Assembly: GCA_903854645.1 (NCBI GenBank)
Contig: CAINWY010000125.1
Location: 1 to 39,190 of the forward strand
Reading direction: 5' to 3'
Source of the DNA: an uncultured bacterium
GTDB lineage: Bacteria; Patescibacteriota; Minisyncoccia; Phycocordibacterales; UBA9973
Length of the DNA: 39,190 nucleotides
The notes beneath the pieces are model-generated. The model was given only the letters and a program-made list of their open reading frames with translations, did not search any database and had not been told where the DNA came from. This document shows, one piece after another, positions 18,401-25,578 of this stretch. Each line of letters starts with the position of its first letter. Position 1 is the stretch's first letter. Position numbers and translations under genes: made by a program.

Positions 18401-18897
18401 TTTACAGTTTTTATAACATTCCAAACAGATTCAATATAATGATTGTGATATGTAACATATGCATTCTTTTGGTCTACCCAATACCCTATACGTTCTGTAA
18501 ATTTCTCCCAGAGATCTGTATATTCCCAAACACTCTCTTTACATTCCTTATTGAACTTTTCGATTCCATATTCTTCGATAGCCTTCTTAGAAGTTAATCC
18601 CAACTTCTTCTCCACTTGGAGCTCCACAGGTAGCCCGTGTGTATCCCATCCACCCTTGCGAGCTACGTGATATCCTTTCATTGTTTTATATCGTGGAATA
18701 ACATCTTTGAAAGCACGCGCCTCTAGGTGGTGAATGCCAGGCTTACCATTGGCAGTAGGAGGTCCTTCATAGAAAACATATTCCCCTTTTGGTGAATCCT
18801 TCTCCAGACTCTTATCAAAAATCTTATTCTCTTTCCAGAATTTTAAAACTTCCTCCTCTCTTAATGCACTTTGTGATTTTTGATTTTTTTCTTCCAT
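15421..18897 (-). CDS. ileS: Isoleucine--tRNA ligase (type 2) carrying an inserted histidine-phosphatase domain
   Basis: HIGH-type motif PGIHHLEA, editing-domain motif WTTTPWTLPGN, KMSKS motif KKMSKSVGN, and a type-2 C-terminus. At 1158 aa it is about 200 aa longer than usual because of an internal insert. Confidence 0.95.
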   Translation of the reverse strand: MEEKNQKSQSALREEEVLKFWKENKIFDKSLEKDSPKGEYVFYEGPPTANGKPGIHHLEARAFKDVIPRYKTMKGYHVARKGGWDTHGLPVELQVEKKLGLTSKKAIEEYGIEKFNKECKESVWEYTDLWEKFTERIGYWVDQKNAYVTYHNHYIESVWNVIKTVNDKKLLYKDYKVVPWCPRCGTTLSSHELAQGYVDVKDLSVTAKFRIKGQENTYILAWTTTPWTLPGNVALAVGEKIIYVKIKMNADGAFYILAKARLSIIEGAYEIVEEMKGKELVGLEYEPLYPYLSSTISVIEKPKLEKAFKVYSATFVTTEDGTGVVHTAVMYGVDDFNLGNEIGLPKHHMVGLDGKFLTGTEFLEGRNVRDEDVAVDIIKDLAHRGLLFKKEKYEHSYPHCWRCKTALIYYARDSWYIKMSDPKIKKELIEENKSINWEPSYIKEGRFGEWLKEIKDWAISRERYWGTPLPVWTCDLCEKREVVGSIEDLKKRTKKSENKYWVIRHGEAVCNTSEVILNEEDSINCKLTEKGIEQVKESIKHFKEKIDIIIASPLVRTRETTRIICEHMGFPLENVIYTDLEKEWDVSSDFQGKSRDAFEEYYCKDYLNHPFEVLPNGESYAQVVYRVGKMIYDTDNKYSGKNILFVGHAGESSALYHVVQGFSFETLPTDLHFPSYLKNAEIREVNFSRLPHNKNFELDLHKPFIDEIDLVCECGGKLKREKEVMDVWLDSGTMPFSQSHYPFENKDLIEKGGGYPADFISEAMDQTRGWFYTLHAVGVLMGKGKAYKNVICLGLLLDANGKKMSKSVGNVVDPISMIEKYGVDTLRLWMYGVNQPGEPKNFDEKTVGELHNKVFNLLYNVLAFYELYRDKSLETDESKIESKNVLDLWILARLHQLTLLTTNSLEVYKLLEPVRGMRDFMDDLSTWYVRRSRERLKDGDIEAKATLYYVLKTLVKIMAPFAPFASEDIWQKLKNDKDLESIHLVDWPVFAQGYDEASQKVVSDMKEVREIVTLGLQARQKVGIPVRQPLKELIITNYELRKEYEEIVKDELNVKEIKIMEGEEKKVELDTNITEELKQEGNYRELVRAIQDMRKKMGLNPNDIINLEISTSKEGEDLLNKFKTDLLKAVGANGTKIKENNGVEVKISELVFIVNVVK
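16813..17415 (-). other. In-frame histidine-phosphatase (phosphoglycerate-mutase-like) domain inserted in ileS (about residues 495-695)
   Basis: YWVIRHGE (His505 at 17383-17385), ASPLVRTRET, and LFVGHAGES (His648 at 16954-16956). The insert is flanked by ordinary IleRS sequence: VWTCDLCEK..GSIEDL upstream and LDLHKPFIDEIDLVCECGGKL..DVWLDSG downstream. Confidence 0.7.
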
Positions 18898-18922
18898 ATA
18901 TTTTCTATTAAAATTAATAATT

Positions 18923-18974
18923 AAAAAAACTCGTCCTTATACAACAATTATAATAATTGCTATACAAGGACGAG
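18923..18974 (-). terminator. Intrinsic terminator of the ileS T-box leader
   Basis: Minus strand: CUCGUCCUUGUAUA ..loop.. UAUAAGGACGAG followed by UUUUUUU (18923-18929). Confidence 0.8.
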
Positions 18975-19085
18975 CTTCTAATGAAACACGTGGTACCACC
19001 TCGTTTACTTCTCGTTTATAGGGTTCTACTTACCAATTAAGGCTTTCTTCCCAACACTCAGGAGTGATAACTCCTTCTTCGTATA
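18923..19085 (-). promoter_or_regulatory. T-box riboswitch (Ile specifier) controlling ileS
   Basis: Minus strand carries the T-box sequence AAACGAGGUGGUACCACGUG (19006-18987). It also has the short hairpin GGAG-UUAUCA-CUCC with AUC (19068-19066) followed by A, a Stem II-like GGG..AGUA..CCC element, and then the terminator. Confidence 0.8.
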
Positions 19086-19091
19086 AACTTA

Positions 19092-19119
19092 ATAATAACA
19101 CTAAAACCAAAATTTGCAA
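19092..19119 (-). promoter_or_regulatory. Sigma-70-type promoter for the ileS leader
   Basis: Minus strand: -35 TTGCAA (19114-19119), a 16-nt spacer ending in TGT, and -10 TATTAT (19092-19097). It lies directly after the argS stop. Confidence 0.5.
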
Positions 19120-19121
19120 CG

Positions 19122-20831
19122 CTACATTCTCTCTGGGATTTCTATACCGAGGAGCCAGAGACCATTCTTCATTGTTTGATAAAATGCTTTTATAAGATTC
19201 AAATGATATAGGGCATTTTTGTTCTCTTCTTTTAATATTTGAGTATTGCCGTAGAAAGTATTAAAACTACTTGCAAGCTCTGTGAGGTATGTAGCTATAT
19301 GATGAGGCTCTAATTTCTCATATGCATGCTCTACTACTTCAGGGAATTGATAAATATACTTTTCCAGTTCTGTAACTTCTTCTGGTATATCCTTTTTGTC
19401 GTCAGTATTAAAGTCTTTTGCTTTATTCAAAATTGAATTGGCACGGACAGAAGTATACTGCAAATAGGGACCTGAATCCCCTTCGAAAGACACAGACTTC
19501 AAAGGATCATATATAATGTCACTTCCTAAAGAAGACTTGAGTATAGAGTATTTGAGAGCAGAAACCCCAACAACTTCAGAAATTTTATTTTTCTCTTCAT
19601 CTCCCATTTCTCTTTCCTTCATTTTCTCTAGGACCATATCCATAGAATCATGAAGTAGCGACTCACCTGTTATCACATTCCCTTTTCTTGAAGACATCTT
19701 CCCAGAGGCAAAACGCATCATACCGTGAGTGATATGGTTCATTCTACTCTCATAGTCTCCATGTATAAGTGAAATAGCCTTTTGGACCACCTTCATATAT
19801 TCTGCTTGCTCAGTAGCTGTGACTACTATAGATAAGTCCGGATTCTCTTTCTCAAACTTTGTCACAGTTAAACCTATCTCTTTTGTTTCGTAAGTCGGAA
19901 GTCCCTGAGAATTTATAAACACTCTAGTATGGAGCTTCTTGTCGTATTCTCCTCCGTGGAAAACTATTGCTCCATCTGATTCAGTAAAAACTTTTCCTAC
20001 ATTTTCTCTAACTATTTTTTCTCCTATTGGAGCCATAATACTTTCAAAAAAATAACATCCATCACTAAACTTTGTACCTAGAAGTTTATATATTTCTTCA
20101 AAGGCCTCCAGTGTAATAGCTCTACCCCAATCATAAATTTTGTTTACCTCTCCATCTGTTTTATCATAAACTTTTTTATTTATGACTTCTATTTCTTTTT
20201 TTATATTCTCGTCTGTGTCATAAAGATTACTACCTTCTGTATAACATTTGCCTATGTAATGGGCTTTCTCTCCTATAGACATACCATCACTTGGTAACCC
20301 CATTTTCATAATGCCATATATAGCCTTTGCTACATGAGGGCCTACATCACCTTGGTAATTCGCACGTACTGTTTTTGCTCCCGAGAATTCAACAATCCTA
20401 GAAATTGACTCTCCAATAGCGTTTGTCATGAGATGCCCTATATGGAAAGGCTTGAATGGATTCGGGTCTGTATACTCCACCATAATCTTCTTACCTGACA
20501 GTATTTGATTCTTCCCCCAGTTTTCTTTCTTGTTTAAAACTTCACCCACACTCTCAGTAAAAAATTCTCTAGATAAATAGAAATTTATAAATCCAGGACC
20601 AGCGGTCTCTACTTTTGAAATTTCATTTATTAAATTCTTCTCTAATTCTAGCTTTATTTTCTCTGCTAATTCTTTTGGATTAGTTTTTAAACTCTTAGCA
20701 CAAACCATCGCTACATTTGTAGAATAGTCTCCATTCTTAAAATCATCTGGGTGTTCAATAGAAAAATTACTCTCATCTATACTGAGATTTTTTAATGCTT
20801 CCTGTATTATTTTTTGTATTTTTTCCATCAT
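19122..20831 (-). CDS. argS: Arginine--tRNA ligase
   Basis: HIGH motif PFHIGHLM, KMSK-like motif MSSRKG, and a C-terminal anticodon-binding domain. An alternative ATG lies at 20828. Confidence 0.9.
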   Translation of the reverse strand: MMEKIQKIIQEALKNLSIDESNFSIEHPDDFKNGDYSTNVAMVCAKSLKTNPKELAEKIKLELEKNLINEISKVETAGPGFINFYLSREFFTESVGEVLNKKENWGKNQILSGKKIMVEYTDPNPFKPFHIGHLMTNAIGESISRIVEFSGAKTVRANYQGDVGPHVAKAIYGIMKMGLPSDGMSIGEKAHYIGKCYTEGSNLYDTDENIKKEIEVINKKVYDKTDGEVNKIYDWGRAITLEAFEEIYKLLGTKFSDGCYFFESIMAPIGEKIVRENVGKVFTESDGAIVFHGGEYDKKLHTRVFINSQGLPTYETKEIGLTVTKFEKENPDLSIVVTATEQAEYMKVVQKAISLIHGDYESRMNHITHGMMRFASGKMSSRKGNVITGESLLHDSMDMVLEKMKEREMGDEEKNKISEVVGVSALKYSILKSSLGSDIIYDPLKSVSFEGDSGPYLQYTSVRANSILNKAKDFNTDDKKDIPEEVTELEKYIYQFPEVVEHAYEKLEPHHIATYLTELASSFNTFYGNTQILKEENKNALYHLNLIKAFYQTMKNGLWLLGIEIPERM

Positions 20832-20833
20832 TT

Positions 20834-20868
20834 GTAATTAGTAATTAATAATTAGTAATTGGTAATTA
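20834..20868. repeat. Five phased heptamers (GTAATTA GTAATTA ATAATTA GTAATTG GTAATTA) filling the dut-argS spacer
   Basis: Read directly from the sequence. The array spans from the dut stop codon to 3 nt before the argS ATG. Confidence 0.6.
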
Positions 20869-21288
20869 TTTCCTCCCAGTACTTCCAAAAGATCCCTCTC
20901 CACGAGCTGACTCACTTAATGTATCAGTTTCCTCCAATTCTGCAATGACCACAGGAACAACTACAATTTGGGCCACCTTGTCTCCCTCTTCTACAGTATA
21001 AGGCTTATCGGAGAGATTCACCAGATGAGTATTATATTCGCCTCTATACCCTGCATCAAATACTCCACCCATTGTATGAAGTCCAGACTTTGAGATACCA
21101 CTTTTGTCTACCACCATAGCGGTGTAACCTATAGGAAATTCCATAGCAAATCCATGCCAGAAAAAGTGATGATCTCCCGGCTCTAATATAAAAGTCTCCA
21201 TAGCATATACATCCATACCTACATCCCCTGGGTGATGATACTTTGGCAAAGTTGCATTATCTTTTAATTTCTTGATTTTAATTTTCAT
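20866..21288 (-). CDS. dut: dUTP diphosphatase
   Basis: 140 aa with dUTPase motifs GDVGMDVYA, KSGISKSGL, GVFDAGYRGE and RGEGSFGSTG. Confidence 0.9.
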   Translation of the reverse strand: MKIKIKKLKDNATLPKYHHPGDVGMDVYAMETFILEPGDHHFFWHGFAMEFPIGYTAMVVDKSGISKSGLHTMGGVFDAGYRGEYNTHLVNLSDKPYTVEEGDKVAQIVVVPVVIAELEETDTLSESARGEGSFGSTGRK

Positions 21289-21290
21289 AA

Positions 21291-21869
21291 TTATTGCATT
21301 GCATCCTTGCCCTCTTTTATATGGATGAGTGCAAAAACAAGATAATTTGTAATATCAAACAACGAATCTAATATTTTGGGATTTAGTTTCTGTGCTTTTT
21401 TAGAATCCTTTTTAATCATTTTCTCCATCTCTATTATCCTATAAGTTTTTACAAGAGCTTCGTCTATAATAGAAGAAACCCTCATCTTTCTCCATGATTC
21501 TCCATAGTCATGATTTTTCTTCTCTAGGATATCCTTAATCTCTTTTACTATTTTATTTATTTTGATTAGATTAATTTCTCTAACATTCTTTTTCTCTTCT
21601 AATCTCCAAATTCTAAATAAAACATAATTTATCGTATGGAGTAATGTCTCTTCTATGCTTTCATTTACCTTTGCATTACCTTTTTCTTGAATGGATCGAA
21701 TTCTTGAGAGTTTGGTCAATATTCTATCTGTGATTGAGCTAGGTCTATATTTGCACACACTAGATCCATATTCTTTCTTTTTTGAATCTATAACATCAAG
21801 GCAATTTTCTGTTATTTCATCAAAATATAGAACTGTTGGTTTAATCTCTGTTATTTTATTCTTTATCAT
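21291..21869 (-). CDS. Conserved hypothetical protein with an internal duplication; DUF1599-like
   Basis: Two homologous halves: KKKEYGSSVCKYRPSSITDRILTKLSRIRSIQ and KNHDYGESWRKMRVSSIIDEALVKTYRIIEME. From memory, the K..DYG..W...S..D...K..RI pattern fits DUF1599. It is tightly coupled to its neighbours, with a 14-nt overlap with the Nudix gene and a 2-nt gap to dut. Confidence 0.5.
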   Translation of the reverse strand: MIKNKITEIKPTVLYFDEITENCLDVIDSKKKEYGSSVCKYRPSSITDRILTKLSRIRSIQEKGNAKVNESIEETLLHTINYVLFRIWRLEEKKNVREINLIKINKIVKEIKDILEKKNHDYGESWRKMRVSSIIDEALVKTYRIIEMEKMIKKDSKKAQKLNPKILDSLFDITNYLVFALIHIKEGKDAMQ

Positions 21870-22284
21870 AAAAGTTTTTTCCTGTTTTGTGTGAATCTAT
21901 TAAAATTCCTGTTGGTAAGAATATAGGCTTGGGTAAATTATCTAGTTCATACCAATTCCAATCTCCTATCCTCTCATCTATTTTAGTTCTAACTTCACCA
22001 CTATCATAATCTGCAGTAAAACACACTAGCAAATCATGACGATATGAATACCTATCAATATTTGCTACACACTGAAATTTAATATTCTTAATTTTTATTC
22101 CTGACTCTTCTTCTGTCTCTCTTTGCACTGCCCCTGTAAGACTTTCCATATAATCAACTCTTCCTCCGGGAAAAGAATACTCCCCTGGTGCATGCTTGCC
22201 TAATCTTTTTCCTAGAAGTACCTTCCCATCCTTAAATATCATAACTCCTACGCATGGTTGTATATCTTTCCTTAAGTCCGTCAT
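21856..22284 (-). CDS. Nudix hydrolase
   Basis: Nudix box GGRVDYMESLTGAVQRETEEESGI. Confidence 0.85.
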   Translation of the reverse strand: MTDLRKDIQPCVGVMIFKDGKVLLGKRLGKHAPGEYSFPGGRVDYMESLTGAVQRETEEESGIKIKNIKFQCVANIDRYSYRHDLLVCFTADYDSGEVRTKIDERIGDWNWYELDNLPKPIFLPTGILIDSHKTGKNFYDKE

Positions 22285-22286
22285 AT

Positions 22287-23462
22287 TTATTTACTTCGTA
22301 ATATTTTATCCATTCTTAATGCTAATTTTACCATATCACCTTCTTTCTTTCCGCGTGTTGTTTCTGCACAAGTACCAAGTCTGATTCCTGATGGATCCAT
22401 AGGAGAGCGAGTATCCCCCGGTATAGTATTCATATTCACAATGATCCCTTGCTTCTCGAGCTTTATACTTGCATCCTTGCCTGGTATCCCAGAACCCTCC
22501 ATCCACGTATCTATGAGGATGAGGTGCGAATCTGTCCCACCGGAGATAATATGCCAGCCCTTCTTTTGTAATTCTTTGGCGAGAGCTTTCGCATTCTTTA
22601 CAACTTGCTTTGCATACTTTTTGAATTCGGGTTTTGATGCTTCAAGGAAGCTAACTGCGGCAGCAGCAATAGTATTCTCGTGAGGACCACCGAAAAGTCC
22701 TGGTATTATCATCTTGTCTAATTTCTTATCAAATTCTCTTGCATCCTTCTTCACAAATAATATTGCATGACGTGGACCACGGAGAGACTTGTGAGTGGTA
22801 GTCATGACTGAGTCTGCATATGGGAAAGGTGTTGGGTAAGCGCCCCCTGCGACGAGTCCTGCAAAGTGCGACATGTCTACGTGAAGTATTGCCCCACACG
22901 CATCAGCAATCTCTCTAAACTTTTTAAAATCTACAACTCTAGGATATGCAGTAAACCCACAAACTATAATGTTTGGCTTTTCAGTAATTGCTAATTGTTT
23001 CAATACTTCATAGTCTATCATCTCTGTTTTCTTATCAAGTTCAAATTGTACGGGCTTCCAAAGCTTGCCTGTCATAGAACCAGGGTATCCATGAGTGAGG
23101 TGTCCACCAGCTGAGAGCTTCATTCCCATTATCTTTCCACCAATTGGAACGAGAGCAGAATAAAGGGCAAAGTTTGCAGGACTTCCGGATAGGGGTTGGA
23201 CATTTACATGCCATTCTGTGGGTTTCAATTTAAAAAGTTTAAGTGCACGAGTTATTGCCAAGTTCTCTACTTTGTCTACAACATCATTACCGCCATAGTA
23301 TCTGCGCCCTGGATAACCTTCTGCATATTTGTTTGTGAGTTTGGAACCAAGAGCTTTCAGTACATCATCGGAGACAATGTTCTCTGAGGCTATTAAATTC
23401 ACAACACTTTTTTGTCTCTTCTCTTCTTCTTTTATGAGTTTCTCTACTTGTTTATCTTTCAT
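22287..23462 (-). CDS. glyA: Serine hydroxymethyltransferase
   Basis: LIASEN motif and the PLP-lysine motif TTTTHKSLRGPR. 391 aa. Confidence 0.95.
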   Translation of the reverse strand: MKDKQVEKLIKEEEKRQKSVVNLIASENIVSDDVLKALGSKLTNKYAEGYPGRRYYGGNDVVDKVENLAITRALKLFKLKPTEWHVNVQPLSGSPANFALYSALVPIGGKIMGMKLSAGGHLTHGYPGSMTGKLWKPVQFELDKKTEMIDYEVLKQLAITEKPNIIVCGFTAYPRVVDFKKFREIADACGAILHVDMSHFAGLVAGGAYPTPFPYADSVMTTTHKSLRGPRHAILFVKKDAREFDKKLDKMIIPGLFGGPHENTIAAAAVSFLEASKPEFKKYAKQVVKNAKALAKELQKKGWHIISGGTDSHLILIDTWMEGSGIPGKDASIKLEKQGIIVNMNTIPGDTRSPMDPSGIRLGTCAETTRGKKEGDMVKLALRMDKILRSK

Positions 23463-23495
23463 AAAATGGTGATAAATTAGATTGTTAATAGGCTA

Positions 23496-23504
23496 ATTTT
23501 AGCA
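23496..23504 (-). promoter_or_regulatory. Extended -10 box (TGCTAAAAT) for glyA
   Basis: Minus strand reads TGC TAAAAT TAGCC. This is nearly identical to the box upstream of the M16 peptidase gene. It leaves a leader of about 27 nt before ATG 23462. Confidence 0.4.
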
Positions 23505-23527
23505 TATTTATGTATTATCGTAAAAGT

Positions 23528-23555
23528 TTGTTAAAAATAGACGAGATAGTATAAT
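23528..23555 (+). promoter_or_regulatory. Sigma-70-type promoter for thyA-folA
   Basis: -35 TTGTTA (23528-23533), a 16-nt spacer, and -10 TATAAT (23550-23555). The ATG at 23562 is only 6 nt downstream of the -10 box. Confidence 0.55.
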
Positions 23556-23561
23556 AAACAA

Positions 23562-24434
23562 ATGAAAGCATATTTAGATATTGTAAAAAAGGTAATAGAT
23601 AACGGCGTAAAAGTTGATACTAGGACTGGTATTAAAGCTTACACTATAGCAGGAGCTATATTCGAGCACGATATGTCAAAAGGGTTTCCATTGCTTACTA
23701 CTAAAAAAGTACCCTTTCGTTTAATATCTAGCGAGTTGGAGTTTTTTATAAAAGGAATAACAGACAAGAAATGGATGCAGGATAATAATAATCATATATG
23801 GGATGAATGGGCAAAACCGCAGCTTGCTCCTTATGGTCATGACGAAGAATCCAAAAAGAAAATGCTCGAGGAGCGTGACCTAGGTCCTATTTATGGATTC
23901 CAATGGAGACACTTTAACGCACCATATGAAAAATATGATACTGACTATAGTGGTAAAGGGATTGATCAATTGAAAAATATAGTGGAAACATTAAAATCAA
24001 ATCCTCGTGATAGAAGAATGATAGTGAACTCTTGGAACCCTATCCAATTTAGTGAGATGGCTCTTCCTCCCTGTCACTATTCATACCAAGTTACAGTGAT
24101 AGATGGTAAATTAAATTTACTTTGGAACCAGAGATCAGTTGATACAATGCTCGGGCTTCCATTCAATATTGCAAGCTATGCATTACTTCTCCATCTTCTT
24201 GCAAAAGAAGCGGGCTTAAAAGAAGGTAAACTTGTAGGATTCCTTGCTGACGTACATATATATGAAAATCATATGGATGGAGCCAATGAACAACTAACTC
24301 GTGATGTAGATAAATTTCCTCTACCAACTATAGAAACAGAGAATTGGAAATCTATTTTTGATTGGAAATATCAAGATTCAAAAATATTAAATTATCAGAG
24401 CTATGAGAAAATACCTTTCGCAATAGCAATTTAA
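23562..24434 (+). CDS. thyA: Thymidylate synthase (ThyA type)
   Basis: Catalytic Cys motif LPPCHYSYQ and RSVDTMLGLPFNIASYALL. Confidence 0.95.
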   Translation: MKAYLDIVKKVIDNGVKVDTRTGIKAYTIAGAIFEHDMSKGFPLLTTKKVPFRLISSELEFFIKGITDKKWMQDNNNHIWDEWAKPQLAPYGHDEESKKKMLEERDLGPIYGFQWRHFNAPYEKYDTDYSGKGIDQLKNIVETLKSNPRDRRMIVNSWNPIQFSEMALPPCHYSYQVTVIDGKLNLLWNQRSVDTMLGLPFNIASYALLLHLLAKEAGLKEGKLVGFLADVHIYENHMDGANEQLTRDVDKFPLPTIETENWKSIFDWKYQDSKILNYQSYEKIPFAIAI

Positions 24435-24456
24435 AAATAGAGCTACAAAAAAAATT

Positions 24457-24978
24457 ATGATACTTTCAATAATATCAGCAATAGGAAAAAATAACGAAAT
24501 AGGAATGAAGAATGAGCTTCTATGGAATCTACCGATAGATATGAAGCATTTCAGGAAAACTACTTCTGGGCACCCAGTTATTATGGGTCAAAAAACTTTT
24601 GAATCTCTTGGCACAACGAATGGTGTTTTGGGTCGTCCACTTCCAAATAGAAGAAACATAGTTCTCACTCTAGATAAAGAATTCAAAAGAGGAGATTGTG
24701 AGGTAGTCTACTCAATAGAAGAATTAGAAGGAAGATTAAAAGATACTATGGAAGATGACGAGGAAGCTTTCATTATCGGAGGTGGACAGATATACAAGCT
24801 ATTTATAGACAAAGCAGATAGACTTTACATAACCCACGTCGACAGAGAGTTTCCAGATGCAGATACATTCTTCCCTGTTATAGACCCTACTGTATGGAAA
24901 GTTGCAAGTGAAGATAAGCATGCAAAAGATGAAGAAAATATATATGATACAAGCTTTGTAATATACGAAAAGAAATAA
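24457..24978 (+). CDS. folA: Dihydrofolate reductase
   Basis: ISAIGKNNEIGMKNELLWNLPIDMKHFRKTT and IIGGGQIY motifs. 173 aa. Confidence 0.9.
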   Translation: MILSIISAIGKNNEIGMKNELLWNLPIDMKHFRKTTSGHPVIMGQKTFESLGTTNGVLGRPLPNRRNIVLTLDKEFKRGDCEVVYSIEELEGRLKDTMEDDEEAFIIGGGQIYKLFIDKADRLYITHVDREFPDADTFFPVIDPTVWKVASEDKHAKDEENIYDTSFVIYEKK

Positions 24979-24981
24979 ATT

Positions 24982-25005
24982 AAAAATCCCCTTATGGGGA
25001 TTTTT
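24982..25005. terminator. Bidirectional intrinsic terminator between folA and the converging kinase-like gene
   Basis: AAAAATCCCC-TTAT-GGGGATTTTT, a perfect hairpin with A and T runs on both sides. Confidence 0.8.
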
Positions 25006-25008
25006 AAT

Positions 25009-25578
25009 TTATTTTTGCAATAATTCTTCTACAATATTATCTATCTGTTTATACAAATCTTCCTTTGTCCCATTATTATCAATTGAGTATTTTGCCTCTT
25101 TCATAACAACCGGTATTAAACTATCGGCTTCTGACTCGTGATCATTTATGAATTCCTCAAATGTCTTCTTGTCATCCCCCTCATTCTCATTCCTTATTAC
25201 AGATCTATCATATCTAACCCTCGGGTCTGCATCAATTTTAATTAGAAAGAAATTTGGTAATTTATTTAAATGCTCTATATCTGTGGGCCTCCTTACCCCA
25301 TCTATAACAACAATGTCTGCATTTAGTTTTGAGGCATCCACTGCAATAGCTTTTGCCAGTAGGTCCTCACCAAAATTAGATCTTAACACGGTCGATATTT
25401 TTTGTAGATTTTCACGACTTACTGGAATTGCAGCTCTATTTAAAACTTCACGTAAAATAGTAGAAAACCTACAATCTTGTGCGTTGTATTTACTAACTAA
25501 ATATTTTTTTGTTTCTTCTTTACCACTTGCTAATGTCCCCACTAAACCAAATATAATTTTATTCATACTATTTGTCAT
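25009..25578 (-). CDS. P-loop nucleotide-kinase-like protein (dNMP kinase / dephospho-CoA-kinase-like fold) with an atypical Walker A
   Basis: 189 aa. The N-terminal motif IIFGLVGTLASGKEE has Glu where Ser/Thr is expected. The later VVIDGVRR segment and the overall length resemble small nucleotide kinases. It overlaps the dCMP deaminase gene by 11 nt. Confidence 0.45.
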   Translation of the reverse strand: MTNSMNKIIFGLVGTLASGKEETKKYLVSKYNAQDCRFSTILREVLNRAAIPVSRENLQKISTVLRSNFGEDLLAKAIAVDASKLNADIVVIDGVRRPTDIEHLNKLPNFFLIKIDADPRVRYDRSVIRNENEGDDKKTFEEFINDHESEADSLIPVVMKEAKYSIDNNGTKEDLYKQIDNIVEELLQK

